A stretch of 64,000 nucleotides of DNA, from NCBI GenBank assembly GCA_050011195.1, contig JBEKJO010000004.1:10619-74618 (forward strand). The letters are read 5' to 3'. The stretch comes from Verrucomicrobiota bacterium (GTDB taxonomy: Bacteria > Verrucomicrobiota > Verrucomicrobiia > Limisphaerales > UBA8199). Shown one piece after another: positions 9,651 to 19,721 of the stretch (within the stretch, counting starts at the first letter, position 1; the number at the start of each line of letters is the position of its first letter). The notes beneath the pieces were generated by a model that was not told the origin of the DNA, did not search any database, and saw only the letters and a program-made list of their open reading frames with translations. Both the position numbers and the translations under genes were made by a program.

Positions 9651-11179
9651 ACAAGATAAAGGCAGACCAGAGCTTCGCGTGGCGCATTACCCTGGGCGCA
9701 TTCCTCTGTCTGGCGCTCTGGCCGCTGTGGTCGGCCCGCTTCCCGCCGATGCAGGATTACCCCCAACATCTTGCGCAGGCGCACATGCTGGCCGAGCGCA
9801 ACAATCCGGCGTTTGATTACCAGAGATATTTCGAGTTCCATCTCAGGCCGGTTTACGCAACCTTCTACCTGACAACGCTTCTCTTCTCCCGGTTCGTGCC
9901 CGCCGAAGCCGCCGGGAAACTGGCTCTTTCTCTCTATCCGGCGCTGGTGGCCGTGGTCATCGCGCGGCTTGGCCGCCGCGGGGCGAAGGGGGTGGCGCCG
10001 TGGGGGGCGCTGCTGTTCTTCCCGGTGGCGTTCAACCAACAGTACTTCATGGGCAACGTAAATTATATCCTGTCGCTGCCCCTGCTCGTCCTCGCGCTGC
10101 TGGACTACGAAGACTTGCTCGGCTCGCCCCGGGGCGCGTGGCCGATCACCCGGCAATGTCTATGGCAAGTGGCGCTGGCGGTCACCCACCCGTTCAGTTT
10201 TCTCGCCTATGTTTCGCTCGCCGTAGTGACCACCATCGTGGCTCGACGGCATACGGGCGAGTTCTGGCGCAAGGCGCTGGCTCCGATGTGCATGGCCCTC
10301 ATTCTGCTCTTGGGCTGCTGCCTTGAGAGTATGGTGAAGTCGTCCCCGGAGGCGGCGGTGCCCGGCGGGATGGATTGGATATCCCCGAAGGCAGCGTTGC
10401 AGTTTGCCGCGCTGATGTTTACCGGTATGCAGTGGTCCGGCGGCATCAAGGCCATTCCGCTCATCCTGTGGGGGCTGATGGCTGCCGTGGTGCTGGGAGC
10501 AATGGCTGCTCAGTGGAGGGAACGGGGCCCCTTCTCGCTTCTTCACGGGCTGTGGGTCGCGGCGGCGGGCCTTGGCTTCCTCGTTTTGCCATGCCGAATA
10601 GGGGCTTATACCGGGATCAACTTGCGCCTGGCGCCCCTCCTTTACTTCCTGATTGTTCTGCTTGTGGCGCAGGTGCGGTTCCGCAGTTGGTGGCTCTATT
10701 CATTCGTGGCCTTGGCCGGCTTGTGCCTCGTTGCGTCGGTGGCCAGGCAGGCACGGCTTTCCGCGGAGACCGAAGAGATCGTGCCGATCCTGCAAAAGAT
10801 ACCCGCCAACAGCCGCATTCTTCCGCTGGTCTTTGACCGCGCCTCCCCGGAGCTGGACAGTTATTGGTTTGATCCTCATCTCCACGACCATAACTACTAC
10901 CACGTGCTCCGCGGCGGTGGATTCAGCCCATACCTCCCCGCCGCGCAGCTCAACCCGGTCAGGTACAGACCCGAACAGAGGCGCCCCGCCCCGGGCGAAT
11001 ACACCCCGCAGGAGTTTGTCTGGGAAGCTCACTCCGCGGACTACCAGTATTTCCTTGTGCGCGGCGCGCCGGCAGGTTTTGCCCAGTATATGGCCCCAAC
11101 CTGCAACCTGGTGTTGGTTTCGGGCCAATGGACGCTGTTCGAGCGAAGAGCGCAACCGGAGATTCGCCGTGCGAAATAG
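9647..11179 (+). CDS. Polytopic membrane protein, probable GT-C-fold glycosyltransferase
   Basis: Many TM segments; PPMQDYPQH in first loop; overlaps GT4 stop (TTGA). Confidence 0.6.
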   Translation: MNKIKADQSFAWRITLGAFLCLALWPLWSARFPPMQDYPQHLAQAHMLAERNNPAFDYQRYFEFHLRPVYATFYLTTLLFSRFVPAEAAGKLALSLYPALVAVVIARLGRRGAKGVAPWGALLFFPVAFNQQYFMGNVNYILSLPLLVLALLDYEDLLGSPRGAWPITRQCLWQVALAVTHPFSFLAYVSLAVVTTIVARRHTGEFWRKALAPMCMALILLLGCCLESMVKSSPEAAVPGGMDWISPKAALQFAALMFTGMQWSGGIKAIPLILWGLMAAVVLGAMAAQWRERGPFSLLHGLWVAAAGLGFLVLPCRIGAYTGINLRLAPLLYFLIVLLVAQVRFRSWWLYSFVALAGLCLVASVARQARLSAETEEIVPILQKIPANSRILPLVFDRASPELDSYWFDPHLHDHNYYHVLRGGGFSPYLPAAQLNPVRYRPEQRRPAPGEYTPQEFVWEAHSADYQYFLVRGAPAGFAQYMAPTCNLVLVSGQWTLFERRAQPEIRRAK

Positions 11180-13577
11180 GAATAAAGGCTGGCTGTTTGG
11201 CGTGTTGCTGGTGGCCGCGACCTTTGCCGCTTACCAGCCGATGTGGCACGCCGGATTCATCTGGGATGATGACACCTTCCTGTTGAGAAACCCTTTGATC
11301 AAAGCGGCGGATGGGTTGTGCCGATTCTGGTGCACCACCGAGGCGCCGGATTACTTCCCGATGACCTCGACGACCTTGTGGTTGGAGTGGCGGCTGTGGG
11401 GGCCGAACCCCTTGGGCTACCATCTGGTCAACGTGCTGTTGCACGCGGCGAGTGCGCTGTTGTTATGGCGGGTGCTGGCGAGGCTCAAGATTCCGGGGGC
11501 GCGGCTGGCGGCGGCCATCTTCGCGCTGCACCCGGTCAACGTGGAATCGGTGGCTTGGATTACCGAGCGGAAGAACACGCTGGCGATGTTCTTTTACCTG
11601 CTGAGCCTGTTGTGGTACGTGCAGTCTGATTCCGAACGGCCAACCTCAACGCTCGACCCTCGACCCTCGACCCTCGACCCTCGACCGCTCTGGTATTGGC
11701 TCGCGGTGGGCGCTTTTGCGCTGGCGCTGTTGAGCAAGACGGCGGTGGTGATGCTGCCCCTCGTGCTGTTGGGGTTGGCCTGGTGGCGCCGCGGGCGGCT
11801 TGAGCGCCGGGACGTGTGGCGCAGCGTTCCGTTTTTCGCCATCGCCGGTCTCCTGGGGTTGATTACGGTTTGGGTTCAATATCACCGGAACATCGGCCCG
11901 GAGGTTGTTCGGTCGGAGAGTTTTGGGCCGCGGTTGGCGGGAGCGGGCTGGGCGGTTTGGTTTTATCTCTATAAGGCGGTGTGGCCGCTCAACCTGATGT
12001 TTGTTTATCCGCGGTGGCAGATTGACGGCGCAAATTACCTGTCTTATACGCCGGGATTGCTCCTGGCGGCGGTCTTTGCGGTGTGCTGCTATTATCGGCG
12101 GCAGTGGGGGAGGGTGTTGTTGTTCGGGTTGGGCTATTTCGTGGTGATGCTCCTGCCGGTGTTGGGGTTCCTGGACATTTACTTCATGCGCTTCTCGCTG
12201 GTAGCCGACCACTGGCAGTATTTCTCGCTCATAGGCGTCATCGCGCTGGTGGCCGCCGGCGGTGCAAGGGCATTGGGTCTGCTGGGAAAGGGCAGAGCTT
12301 TGCTGGCTCCGGCGCTGTGCGCCGCCCTGCTGCTGGGTCTAGGCTGGTTGACGTGGCGGCAAAGCACCGGCTACACCGACATCGAAACGCTCTGGCGTGT
12401 GACGCTAAGCCGAAATCCCAAGGCGTTCATGGCCCACAACAATCTCGGGCTGGCCTTGCTGCAAGAAGGGCAATTGGACGAGGCGGTCGCCTATTTCCAG
12501 AAGGCCCTCGCCCTCCAGCCTGGCTTCGCCGACGCCCACAACAACCTCGGGTTGGTCCTGCTACAGCGGGGGCAAGTGGACGAGGCGATCGATCATTTCC
12601 GAAAAGCGTTGGCTGCCCACCCCGAGAACGCGCCTGCCCATTACAACCTGGGCAACGCACTCCTCCGACAGGGACAACCAGACCAAGCCGCGGCTCAGTT
12701 TCAAAAGGCCATCGAGTTCGACCCCGCTTATGCCGAGGCCCACAACAACCTCGGCAACGTCTTGCTGCACGAAGGAAAGGTGGACGAGGCAATCATTCAT
12801 TTTCAGAAGGCCCTGGAACTGCAGCCCGACTACGGAGAAGCCCACAATAACCTTGCCATCGCTCTGCTGCAGAAAGGGCAAGTGGACGAAGCAATTGCCC
12901 GGTTCAGAACGGCTTTGAGAGTCCAACCCGGCTACGCGGAAGCCCGGCACAACCTTGGGATAGCTCTGGTCCGGAAGGGCCAGGCGAACGAGGCGATCGT
13001 TGAGTTCCAGAAGGCGGTGGAACTCCAGCCCAACGATGCCGCAGTTCAAAACAGCCTCGCGGGCCTCCTGCTCCAGCAAGGACGGGAGAACGAAGCGTTG
13101 GGCCACTTCCAAAAGGCGGTGCAAACGGACCCCACACTCGTCAGCGCCCACAGAAACCTCGGCAACCTCCTGCTCCGAAAAGGGGCGGTGGAGGAGGCGG
13201 TTGTGCATTACCAGCGAGCGCTCGACATCCAACCCGCCAATGCGGCCCTGCTCAACAACTTGGCTTGGATACGGGCGACCTGTCCAAAGGCCTCGATGCG
13301 GAGCGGCGCCCAGGCGGTCGAGCTGGCAGAGCAGGCGGAGCGGCTTTCCGGGGGCCGGAATGCGTCGATTCTCGAAACACTGGCAGCGGCGTATGCTGAA
13401 GCCGGGCGATTTGCTGAAGCGGTTACCACCGCCCAGCGGGCCCTGGAGTTGGCCGGCGCCCAAACCAACAACCCAGAGATCGAGTCCCTTCAGGCGCAGA
13501 TTCGACTCTACCAGGCGGGCACCCCGTTCCGCGACACCAGCCAGACGAACGCCACCCCTAACCCGAATCGACATTGA
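11169..13577 (+). CDS. TMTC-like membrane protein (GT-C/DUF1736-like domain + multiple TPRs)
   Basis: [41 protein letters not shown], then repeated AHNNLG TPRs; start moved to GTG 11169. Confidence 0.88.
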   Translation: MRNRNKGWLFGVLLVAATFAAYQPMWHAGFIWDDDTFLLRNPLIKAADGLCRFWCTTEAPDYFPMTSTTLWLEWRLWGPNPLGYHLVNVLLHAASALLLWRVLARLKIPGARLAAAIFALHPVNVESVAWITERKNTLAMFFYLLSLLWYVQSDSERPTSTLDPRPSTLDPRPLWYWLAVGAFALALLSKTAVVMLPLVLLGLAWWRRGRLERRDVWRSVPFFAIAGLLGLITVWVQYHRNIGPEVVRSESFGPRLAGAGWAVWFYLYKAVWPLNLMFVYPRWQIDGANYLSYTPGLLLAAVFAVCCYYRRQWGRVLLFGLGYFVVMLLPVLGFLDIYFMRFSLVADHWQYFSLIGVIALVAAGGARALGLLGKGRALLAPALCAALLLGLGWLTWRQSTGYTDIETLWRVTLSRNPKAFMAHNNLGLALLQEGQLDEAVAYFQKALALQPGFADAHNNLGLVLLQRGQVDEAIDHFRKALAAHPENAPAHYNLGNALLRQGQPDQAAAQFQKAIEFDPAYAEAHNNLGNVLLHEGKVDEAIIHFQKALELQPDYGEAHNNLAIALLQKGQVDEAIARFRTALRVQPGYAEARHNLGIALVRKGQANEAIVEFQKAVELQPNDAAVQNSLAGLLLQQGRENEALGHFQKAVQTDPTLVSAHRNLGNLLLRKGAVEEAVVHYQRALDIQPANAALLNNLAWIRATCPKASMRSGAQAVELAEQAERLSGGRNASILETLAAAYAEAGRFAEAVTTAQRALELAGAQTNNPEIESLQAQIRLYQAGTPFRDTSQTNATPNPNRH
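11645..11686 (+). repeat. Heptamer tandem repeat (CTCGACC)5 plus one degenerate unit, in frame
   Basis: ctcaacg ctcgacc x5 = 42 bp; encodes [14 protein letters not shown]. Confidence 0.9.
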
Positions 13578-13762
13578 CCAGCCGGTCGCAAGCTCTGGCA
13601 CTACAGGACCAAGGGCTGTGCCGCAGCATCGCCGGTCACACCGGGGGGGTCGGTTCTTGGTTGCCTTCCGGCAGGAACACCGGTCTTGAGTTTTTGATTG
13701 GCCCTGCGACACTGCGGGCCAGGCGCAGGCGTTGCGCCTGGAACTTGCAGTTGCTGGCAACT

Positions 13763-15196
13763 ATGAAACTTACTTTGAACCGCCGCTCGTTTCTCAAGCG
13801 CACCGCGCTGGCCGCCGGCGCCTTGTCCGCCGGACGCCTCCTTCCGGTCCCCAATCTCCTCGCTGCTCCGGCCCCGGGCGGCAAGCTCAACTGCGTCCAG
13901 ATCGGCTGCGGCAACCGCGGCATGGCTCACCTCGAATGGCTGGTGACCCAAAGCAAGGACAACCTGGTGGCCATCGTGGACGCGGACGAGAAGAGACACG
14001 CGAAGGTGAAGAAGTGGCTGGCGAGCAAGGAGCAGGACCCGGCCAGACTCCAAGTCTTCACGGATTACCGCGTGATGTTCGACAAGATCGGCCAGCAGAT
14101 TGACGCGGTCTTCATTGCCACGCCCAATCATCATCACGCGCTGCCCGCCATGATCGCGCTGCAACTGGGCAAAGCCGTGTTTTGCGAAAAGCCGCTCTCC
14201 CACGACATTGCCGAGGCCCGCAAGCTGCGCGCCCTGGCCCGCCAGGCCAAGGCCCCCACCCAAATGGGCAACCAGGGCCATTGCGAAGACGGCTACCGCC
14301 GGCTCTGTGAATTTGTCTGGGCCGGCGTGGTGGGCAACATCACGGAGACCCATAGCTGGACCGACCGCGCCAATGGCGGCGTCGGGCCGCGTCCGCCCTC
14401 GCTGCCGGTGCCGGCCGGTTTGCATTGGGACAACTGGATCGGCCCCGCCCCCTACCGCGAATACCACACCGACCTGCACCCGCACGAGTGGCATGGCTGG
14501 TATGACTTCGGCAACGGGTCCATCGGCAACATGGGCTGTCACGTGCTGGACGGGGTGTTTTGGGCGCTCAAGATAGATCATCCAACCGGCGTCGAAGCCG
14601 AGGAAATACGCGGCGGCAGCAGTGAACGCTATCCGACCGGCAGCCGTATTCGCTGGGATATTCCCGCGCGCGGCGGCATGCCGCCGGCAAAGGTTTATTG
14701 GTATGAAGGCTTCAACAAAGACGCCACCGGTAATGCCAGCGGAAGGCTTAAGGCCGCCCAGGGCAAAGACAGGAATCTTCCCCCGCTTCTGGCGGAGCTG
14801 CAAAAGCAGTATCCCGACGAAGAAATGGACCAGCCCGACAGTGGAACGCTTTACGTCGGCGAAAAGGGCGTCCTCTATACCGGCACCTATGGCGGCAAAA
14901 TGCACATCCTCCCCCTGGAAAAGATGCAGCAGATGACCCAGCCGCCCCGGACCCTGCCGCGCCCCAAGAACATCATGGCCGATTTCCTCGACGCCTGCCG
15001 GGAAGGCAAGACCGAGACGGCCGCAAGTTTCGACTACGGCGCTCAGTTGACTGAATTCACCCTGCTCGGCAACTTGGCCCAACATGCCGGCGTGGGGAAA
15101 AAGGTGGAATGGGACGGGCTTAACATGAAGGTCACCAACCGCCCCGAACTCAACGAGTGGCTGCAGCGCCCGTATCGCAAAGGTTGGCCGGTCTGA
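13763..15196 (+). CDS. Gfo/Idh/MocA oxidoreductase with Tat signal
   Basis: [12 protein letters not shown]; [34 protein letters not shown]. Confidence 0.92.
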   Translation: MKLTLNRRSFLKRTALAAGALSAGRLLPVPNLLAAPAPGGKLNCVQIGCGNRGMAHLEWLVTQSKDNLVAIVDADEKRHAKVKKWLASKEQDPARLQVFTDYRVMFDKIGQQIDAVFIATPNHHHALPAMIALQLGKAVFCEKPLSHDIAEARKLRALARQAKAPTQMGNQGHCEDGYRRLCEFVWAGVVGNITETHSWTDRANGGVGPRPPSLPVPAGLHWDNWIGPAPYREYHTDLHPHEWHGWYDFGNGSIGNMGCHVLDGVFWALKIDHPTGVEAEEIRGGSSERYPTGSRIRWDIPARGGMPPAKVYWYEGFNKDATGNASGRLKAAQGKDRNLPPLLAELQKQYPDEEMDQPDSGTLYVGEKGVLYTGTYGGKMHILPLEKMQQMTQPPRTLPRPKNIMADFLDACREGKTETAASFDYGAQLTEFTLLGNLAQHAGVGKKVEWDGLNMKVTNRPELNEWLQRPYRKGWPV

Positions 15197-15254
15197 TCGT
15201 TGTAACTCGTTTAACCTTTGCTTGCGGCTTTCCCGCGCTGCGCTATCTTCCTCC

Positions 15255-15893
15255 ATGAACCCGGTGAAACCGATGGCTGGGCTGATCCTGGGCCCCGCGC
15301 TGGCGGTGGCCGCGCTGGCTGGCTGCGCGCGGGCTGAGTCGCAGACCGCCGTGACCAATCAGCCCGTCGCTTCACGCCCGTTTACCAATGCCGCTATGGA
15401 CAAATTCCAAAAGCCCCCCGCCAGAGAGCTGAAGCAGAAGCTGACGCCGATGCAGTTTGAGGTCACGCAACATGCCGCGACCGAGCCGCCCTTCCGAAAC
15501 GAGTTTTGGGACAGCCATAGACCGGGCATCTATGTGGATGTCGTGTCCGGCGAGCCATTGTTCAGTTCGCTGGACAAATTCGACTCGGGCTGCGGTTGGC
15601 CGAGTTTCTCGCGGCCGCTGGCGAGCAAGGAAGTCGTCGAGCGCGCTGACCATTCCCTCGGCGTCGAGCGAACAGAGGTGCGGTCCAGCGTTGCGGATTC
15701 GCACCTCGGCCACGTCTTCAACGACGGCCCCGGCCCGACCGGCCTCCGGTACTGCATCAACTCCGCCTCGCTGCGGTTCGTCCCCGTCGAGCAAATGGAG
15801 CAAGCGGGCTACGGCGCCTATCTTGAACCCTTCATCAAAGCGGGGCTGTACCAGCCCAAAGGCACTAAAGGGGCTGAAGCGCCGAAGCGATAG
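15255..15893 (+). CDS. msrB: Methionine-R-sulfoxide reductase MsrB, putative lipoprotein
   Basis: [36 protein letters not shown]; N-terminal hydrophobic stretch with LAGC lipobox. Confidence 0.93.
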   Translation: MNPVKPMAGLILGPALAVAALAGCARAESQTAVTNQPVASRPFTNAAMDKFQKPPARELKQKLTPMQFEVTQHAATEPPFRNEFWDSHRPGIYVDVVSGEPLFSSLDKFDSGCGWPSFSRPLASKEVVERADHSLGVERTEVRSSVADSHLGHVFNDGPGPTGLRYCINSASLRFVPVEQMEQAGYGAYLEPFIKAGLYQPKGTKGAEAPKR

Positions 15894-15916
15894 AACCAGG
15901 GCGAAATCCACAAACT

Positions 15917-15944
15917 GTAGCCGCTGGCGGCAGTCGGCGCTGAT
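15917..15944 (+). repeat. Single GTAG-type REP, same family as 47891..47960
   Basis: gtagccgctggcggcagtcggcgctgat vs gtagccgccgacggcagtcggcgctgat. Confidence 0.65.
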
Positions 15945-16085
15945 ATCCGCCCTAATGTTAAGAACTTTCTTGCATTTTTCTTGCATTTTTCTCTTGCAGG
16001 CGGGTTCCAACCAGCGTAAATTACTGCGAAAAATAGTGTCACAAACAGCCCCGGCCCGCGCCGGGAAGCGGAATTGAGTCATATT

Positions 16086-16907
16086 ATGAACGTGTCAAAA
16101 GTGAACTTTTTCACCAATCGGAGGTTCTCGCGCGCCTTTACCCTGATCGAACTTCTCGTCGTTATCGCCATTATTGCCATTCTGGCCGCCCTGTTGCTGC
16201 CGGCGCTCGCCAAAGCCAAGGCGAAGGCCCAAGACATCACCTGCTTGAGCAACATGAAGCAGTGGAGCCTGGGCTTTAAAATGTATGCCGACGACAACGG
16301 CGATCTGGTGCCCGAGGAGGGCAATACCAGCCTCTCTATCGCCGACCCGAAAAACGCGGATACTTGGTATAACACAGTCGCCCAATACATCAAGCAATCC
16401 GCTTTGGTTGATCTTTACAAGGCGACCCCGGCGAACCCGCCGCTGCCCGGCACCAAGTCAATTTTCTCCTGCCCCGTCACCCCGCCTGTAGCCAACCCGC
16501 CCTACACCACCCCACTACCGACGATCGCGTTCGCGTTCTTCATGTACGCCGAGAACTCGTGCATCTGTATTGACCTGCCATCTAGCGGAATAAGGCCTCC
16601 CGGGGCTAATACGAAGGTCAGCCAGGTCCCCAGGCCCTCGGACACTATCTTTGTGGCCCCGCAAAACACCCTCACCGCCACGGCTCCGTCTGAGTCCGTC
16701 ACCAACGGCAAATACTGCGTCGGGCGCCACGATGGTGGCACCCGGGGCGAGTTCGGCATGGTTGACGGCAGCGCCCGGTCCGTCAGAACCAACGATTTCG
16801 CCCGCACGGGGGATAACTACTATTCGGCCTCGGCAGAGTGGTCCACCCCCCAAGTGATTTACTGGTATCCGTCGCCGACCACGCCCAACAGCCTCTCCGG
16901 GGACTGA
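16086..16907 (+). CDS. Prepilin-type N-terminal cleavage/methylation protein with H-X-DG C-terminal motif (DUF1559-like)
   Basis: [54 protein letters not shown]. Confidence 0.92.
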   Translation: MNVSKVNFFTNRRFSRAFTLIELLVVIAIIAILAALLLPALAKAKAKAQDITCLSNMKQWSLGFKMYADDNGDLVPEEGNTSLSIADPKNADTWYNTVAQYIKQSALVDLYKATPANPPLPGTKSIFSCPVTPPVANPPYTTPLPTIAFAFFMYAENSCICIDLPSSGIRPPGANTKVSQVPRPSDTIFVAPQNTLTATAPSESVTNGKYCVGRHDGGTRGEFGMVDGSARSVRTNDFARTGDNYYSASAEWSTPQVIYWYPSPTTPNSLSGD

Positions 16908-17114
16908 GCCCATAGCACAGATGAGCCTGTGCGCCCAACCCCTCCATTCCGTCACCCAATTGTCACAAGATTTCGCTTGCACTGGAATTTATTCGGCCCA
17001 TAATCGCCACAACCGGGCTGGCCGGTGTAAATTTGCCGAAAGCACATAAATCTGCCTGATAGACCTGACAACTGCCCACAATCCAAACAAAACATCAAAC
17101 ATCCAAATCCTCCT

Positions 17115-19418
17115 ATGAAAAAGACACTCATCGTTCTCACCATCCTCGCCAGCGCCCTCACCGGCGCTCAGGCAGGCATCATCCTCAGCGATAACTTCAG
17201 TTATGATAATGGCCTCGATACCAATTCCTCGGGCTACTTCGCCGATATTATCGGCGCCCCCGGCTCGACGTGGAATCCGAACTCCGGCTCCACGACGATG
17301 CAGGTGACCCCCACCAACACACTCTTCATCACCGCGACCCGGTCGCAGGACATCTACCACCGCTGGCAGACCGGCCCGGTCTATTACGCGTCTAATTCGG
17401 CGTCCGTCCTGTATTCCAGTTACACGCTTAATTGCACCTATTTGCCCACCTGGAACGGGACTTACTTCTCCCACTTCGCCGGGACGAATGTTTATACCAG
17501 CAGCACCTCGACCATCACCGGCCACCGTTGCCGGGTCTGGAACAGTCTCACCAATTATACCGCCGGAGGCCTGGCCCCCGGCGCCAACCAATACTATCTG
17601 AGCATTATCAACGCGGCGGAAACTGGCGAGAACCCCGTTACCTGGCCCACTCCTTTGAACACGAACACCACCTACACGGTCGTCACCAAATACGTGGTTG
17701 CCACCGGTCAGTCCACCCTTTGGATCAATCCCACCAACGAGACCGATCCCAACGTCACGGATACGACCCCGCTTCCGTATGACTGGACGCTGAACACGTT
17801 CCTTAACCAGCAAGAACCTATCAACGGCCCGGTCAACGTCATGTGCTACGATTTCCGCCAGAACAGCGGCGAGGGGGATGAGGTCATTGGCAACCTGAGA
17901 GTCGGCACCCAGTTTACCGACGTGGCCGGACCCCACACCCCGCCGACGATGACCGTGCCGGTCAACACGAATACCCCGGCGAACACCCCCATCGGCCCGC
18001 TCGCCTTTACCGTTCAGTCGGGCTGGACGCCGGCCACGAACCTCACCGTCAACGCCACCTCTTCCAACACCAATTTGGTGGCCAACAGCAATATCGTGTT
18101 GGCCTTGGCCGTCGGCGATACGGGCGGGACGAACCGCACCATCACCATCACCCCGACAACCGGCCAACAAGGGTTTACCACCATCTCCCTGGTCGCGTAT
18201 GACGGCTACAATAACACGACCAACTCCTTCCTCCTGACGGTCGGCGCCCCCTCCATCGCCGCCATCCCGAACCAAATCACCAGCCGCAACACCGCCACGC
18301 CGACGATTGTTTTCGCGGTGGGTGATACCGAGGGCGACCCGTTGACTCTCACCGTAACCTCCTCGAACCCGGCCCTGGTCCCGACGAGCAACATCACCCT
18401 CGGCGTGGCCGTCGCCGGTTCCAGCAGCAACGTGGTCGTCAGGCCGGTGTCTGGCACGAACGGCGCCACCACCATCACGATCAGCGTCAGCGATACTCAC
18501 AACACCAACAGCACCAGCTTCGCCGTCACGGTCACTCCGCCGCCTTTGGGGCTGGTGTTCAATGAGAACTTTGCCTATACTGATTTTTCCGGTGGTCTTG
18601 CCAACGGTCTATATGGCGCCGCCGGCGGAAGCGGTTACGGTTGGAGCCAGGTTGCCGGCGCCGATCTCTACTCGATCCAGGTGACCAACGGCTTTGCCTA
18701 TTTGTTTTACACCAACGACGAAAGCCTGGGCGCGTCGTTGACCAATGCTGGTGTGTATGGCGTTGTGTATGACGGCAGCCAGGGTTATGTCTTTTACACC
18801 AGCTTCACTGTGGATTGCACACTCCTGCCAACCTATTACGGCAGCTACTTCTTCCACCTCAGCACCAATGCCACGGACACCACCAATTTCCGCGACCGCA
18901 TCTTTGACGACACGGAGAACGCGGCGACTGGAATGTACCGCTTCGGCATCGCGAACGCCTCCACTGCCTGGGTCCAGCAGTTCCCCCGCGACCTGATGAC
19001 CAACACGACCTATGCCGTCGTCACGCGCTACAACGCGGCCACGGGCGACAGCACCCTCTGGGTCAACCCCGTTAATGAGCAGAGCGCCAGCGTGACCGCC
19101 TCCGATGCCCCGCAAAGCTCCCTCATCGGCGGCGTCGCCCTGCGGCAGCCAGGCGACTATTATATTGGCGACCTCACCATCGGCCCGATGAAGGTCGGCA
19201 CCGCCTTCAGCGACGTGTGGACCGCTCCGGCTCCACCAACGATCGTCCTGCAGAATCTCGGCGGCTCTATCAGTTTGAGCTGGACTGATCCCTCCGGCTT
19301 GTTCGTGCTGCAGTCGGCGCCGAGTGCGACCGGGCCTTATGCGGATATCCCGAACTTCACCAACCCGTATACCACAAGCGTCGGGGGAGGCTCCCAGTAT
19401 TTCCGGTTGAGATACTAA
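17115..19418 (+). CDS. Secreted Thr/Ser/Asn-rich protein: two homologous beta domains flanking two cadherin/Ig-like repeats, C-terminal Q-YFRLR tail
   Basis: Signal peptide; NTTYTVVTKY..ATGQSTLWINP vs NTTYAVVTRY..ATGDSTLWVNP; LTVNATSSN..LV..SNI.L twice. Confidence 0.8.
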   Translation: MKKTLIVLTILASALTGAQAGIILSDNFSYDNGLDTNSSGYFADIIGAPGSTWNPNSGSTTMQVTPTNTLFITATRSQDIYHRWQTGPVYYASNSASVLYSSYTLNCTYLPTWNGTYFSHFAGTNVYTSSTSTITGHRCRVWNSLTNYTAGGLAPGANQYYLSIINAAETGENPVTWPTPLNTNTTYTVVTKYVVATGQSTLWINPTNETDPNVTDTTPLPYDWTLNTFLNQQEPINGPVNVMCYDFRQNSGEGDEVIGNLRVGTQFTDVAGPHTPPTMTVPVNTNTPANTPIGPLAFTVQSGWTPATNLTVNATSSNTNLVANSNIVLALAVGDTGGTNRTITITPTTGQQGFTTISLVAYDGYNNTTNSFLLTVGAPSIAAIPNQITSRNTATPTIVFAVGDTEGDPLTLTVTSSNPALVPTSNITLGVAVAGSSSNVVVRPVSGTNGATTITISVSDTHNTNSTSFAVTVTPPPLGLVFNENFAYTDFSGGLANGLYGAAGGSGYGWSQVAGADLYSIQVTNGFAYLFYTNDESLGASLTNAGVYGVVYDGSQGYVFYTSFTVDCTLLPTYYGSYFFHLSTNATDTTNFRDRIFDDTENAATGMYRFGIANASTAWVQQFPRDLMTNTTYAVVTRYNAATGDSTLWVNPVNEQSASVTASDAPQSSLIGGVALRQPGDYYIGDLTIGPMKVGTAFSDVWTAPAPPTIVLQNLGGSISLSWTDPSGLFVLQSAPSATGPYADIPNFTNPYTTSVGGGSQYFRLRY

Positions 19419-19447
19419 GCCTGCCGTATACGAATTCCCTTTGAATC

Positions 19448-19480
19448 AAGAGGACGGCCTTCGGGCCGTCCTTTCTTTTT
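19448..19480 (+). terminator. Rho-independent terminator
   Basis: aggacggcc-ttcg-ggccgtcct followed by ttcttttt. Confidence 0.9.
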
Positions 19481-19519
19481 GGCTCGTTTTCCGGGGGAAT
19501 CCCTGGTACACCTCTCACC

Positions 19520-19680
19520 CGGATATTTCATGCTCCGCACGAAATGCCGATAGGCCGGAGCGCCGGTTTCCAAACCGGCTTAGCCTGGGCTCGTGCCAGA
19601 AAAGGACACGGATGATGAGTGCGGGCGCCATAAGCCGGTTTGGAAACCGGCGCTCCGGTCCCGCGGGTATGAAATATCCG
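19520..19680. repeat. Nested palindromic MITE/REP-like element
   Basis: Outer IR cggatatttcat/atgaaatatccg; inner perfect 28-bp IR ccggagcgccggtttccaaaccggctta (19555-19582 / 19631-19658). Confidence 0.8.
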
Positions 19681-19721
19681 CGGCTGAGGGTAAGAAGGCC
19701 CGGCAATCACCGGCCCCGGAT

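Noticed and set aside
10653-11168. N-terminal extension making a 974-aa TPR protein
   Set aside because: Overlaps the upstream membrane gene in another frame; similarity to the paralog starts near GTG 11169.
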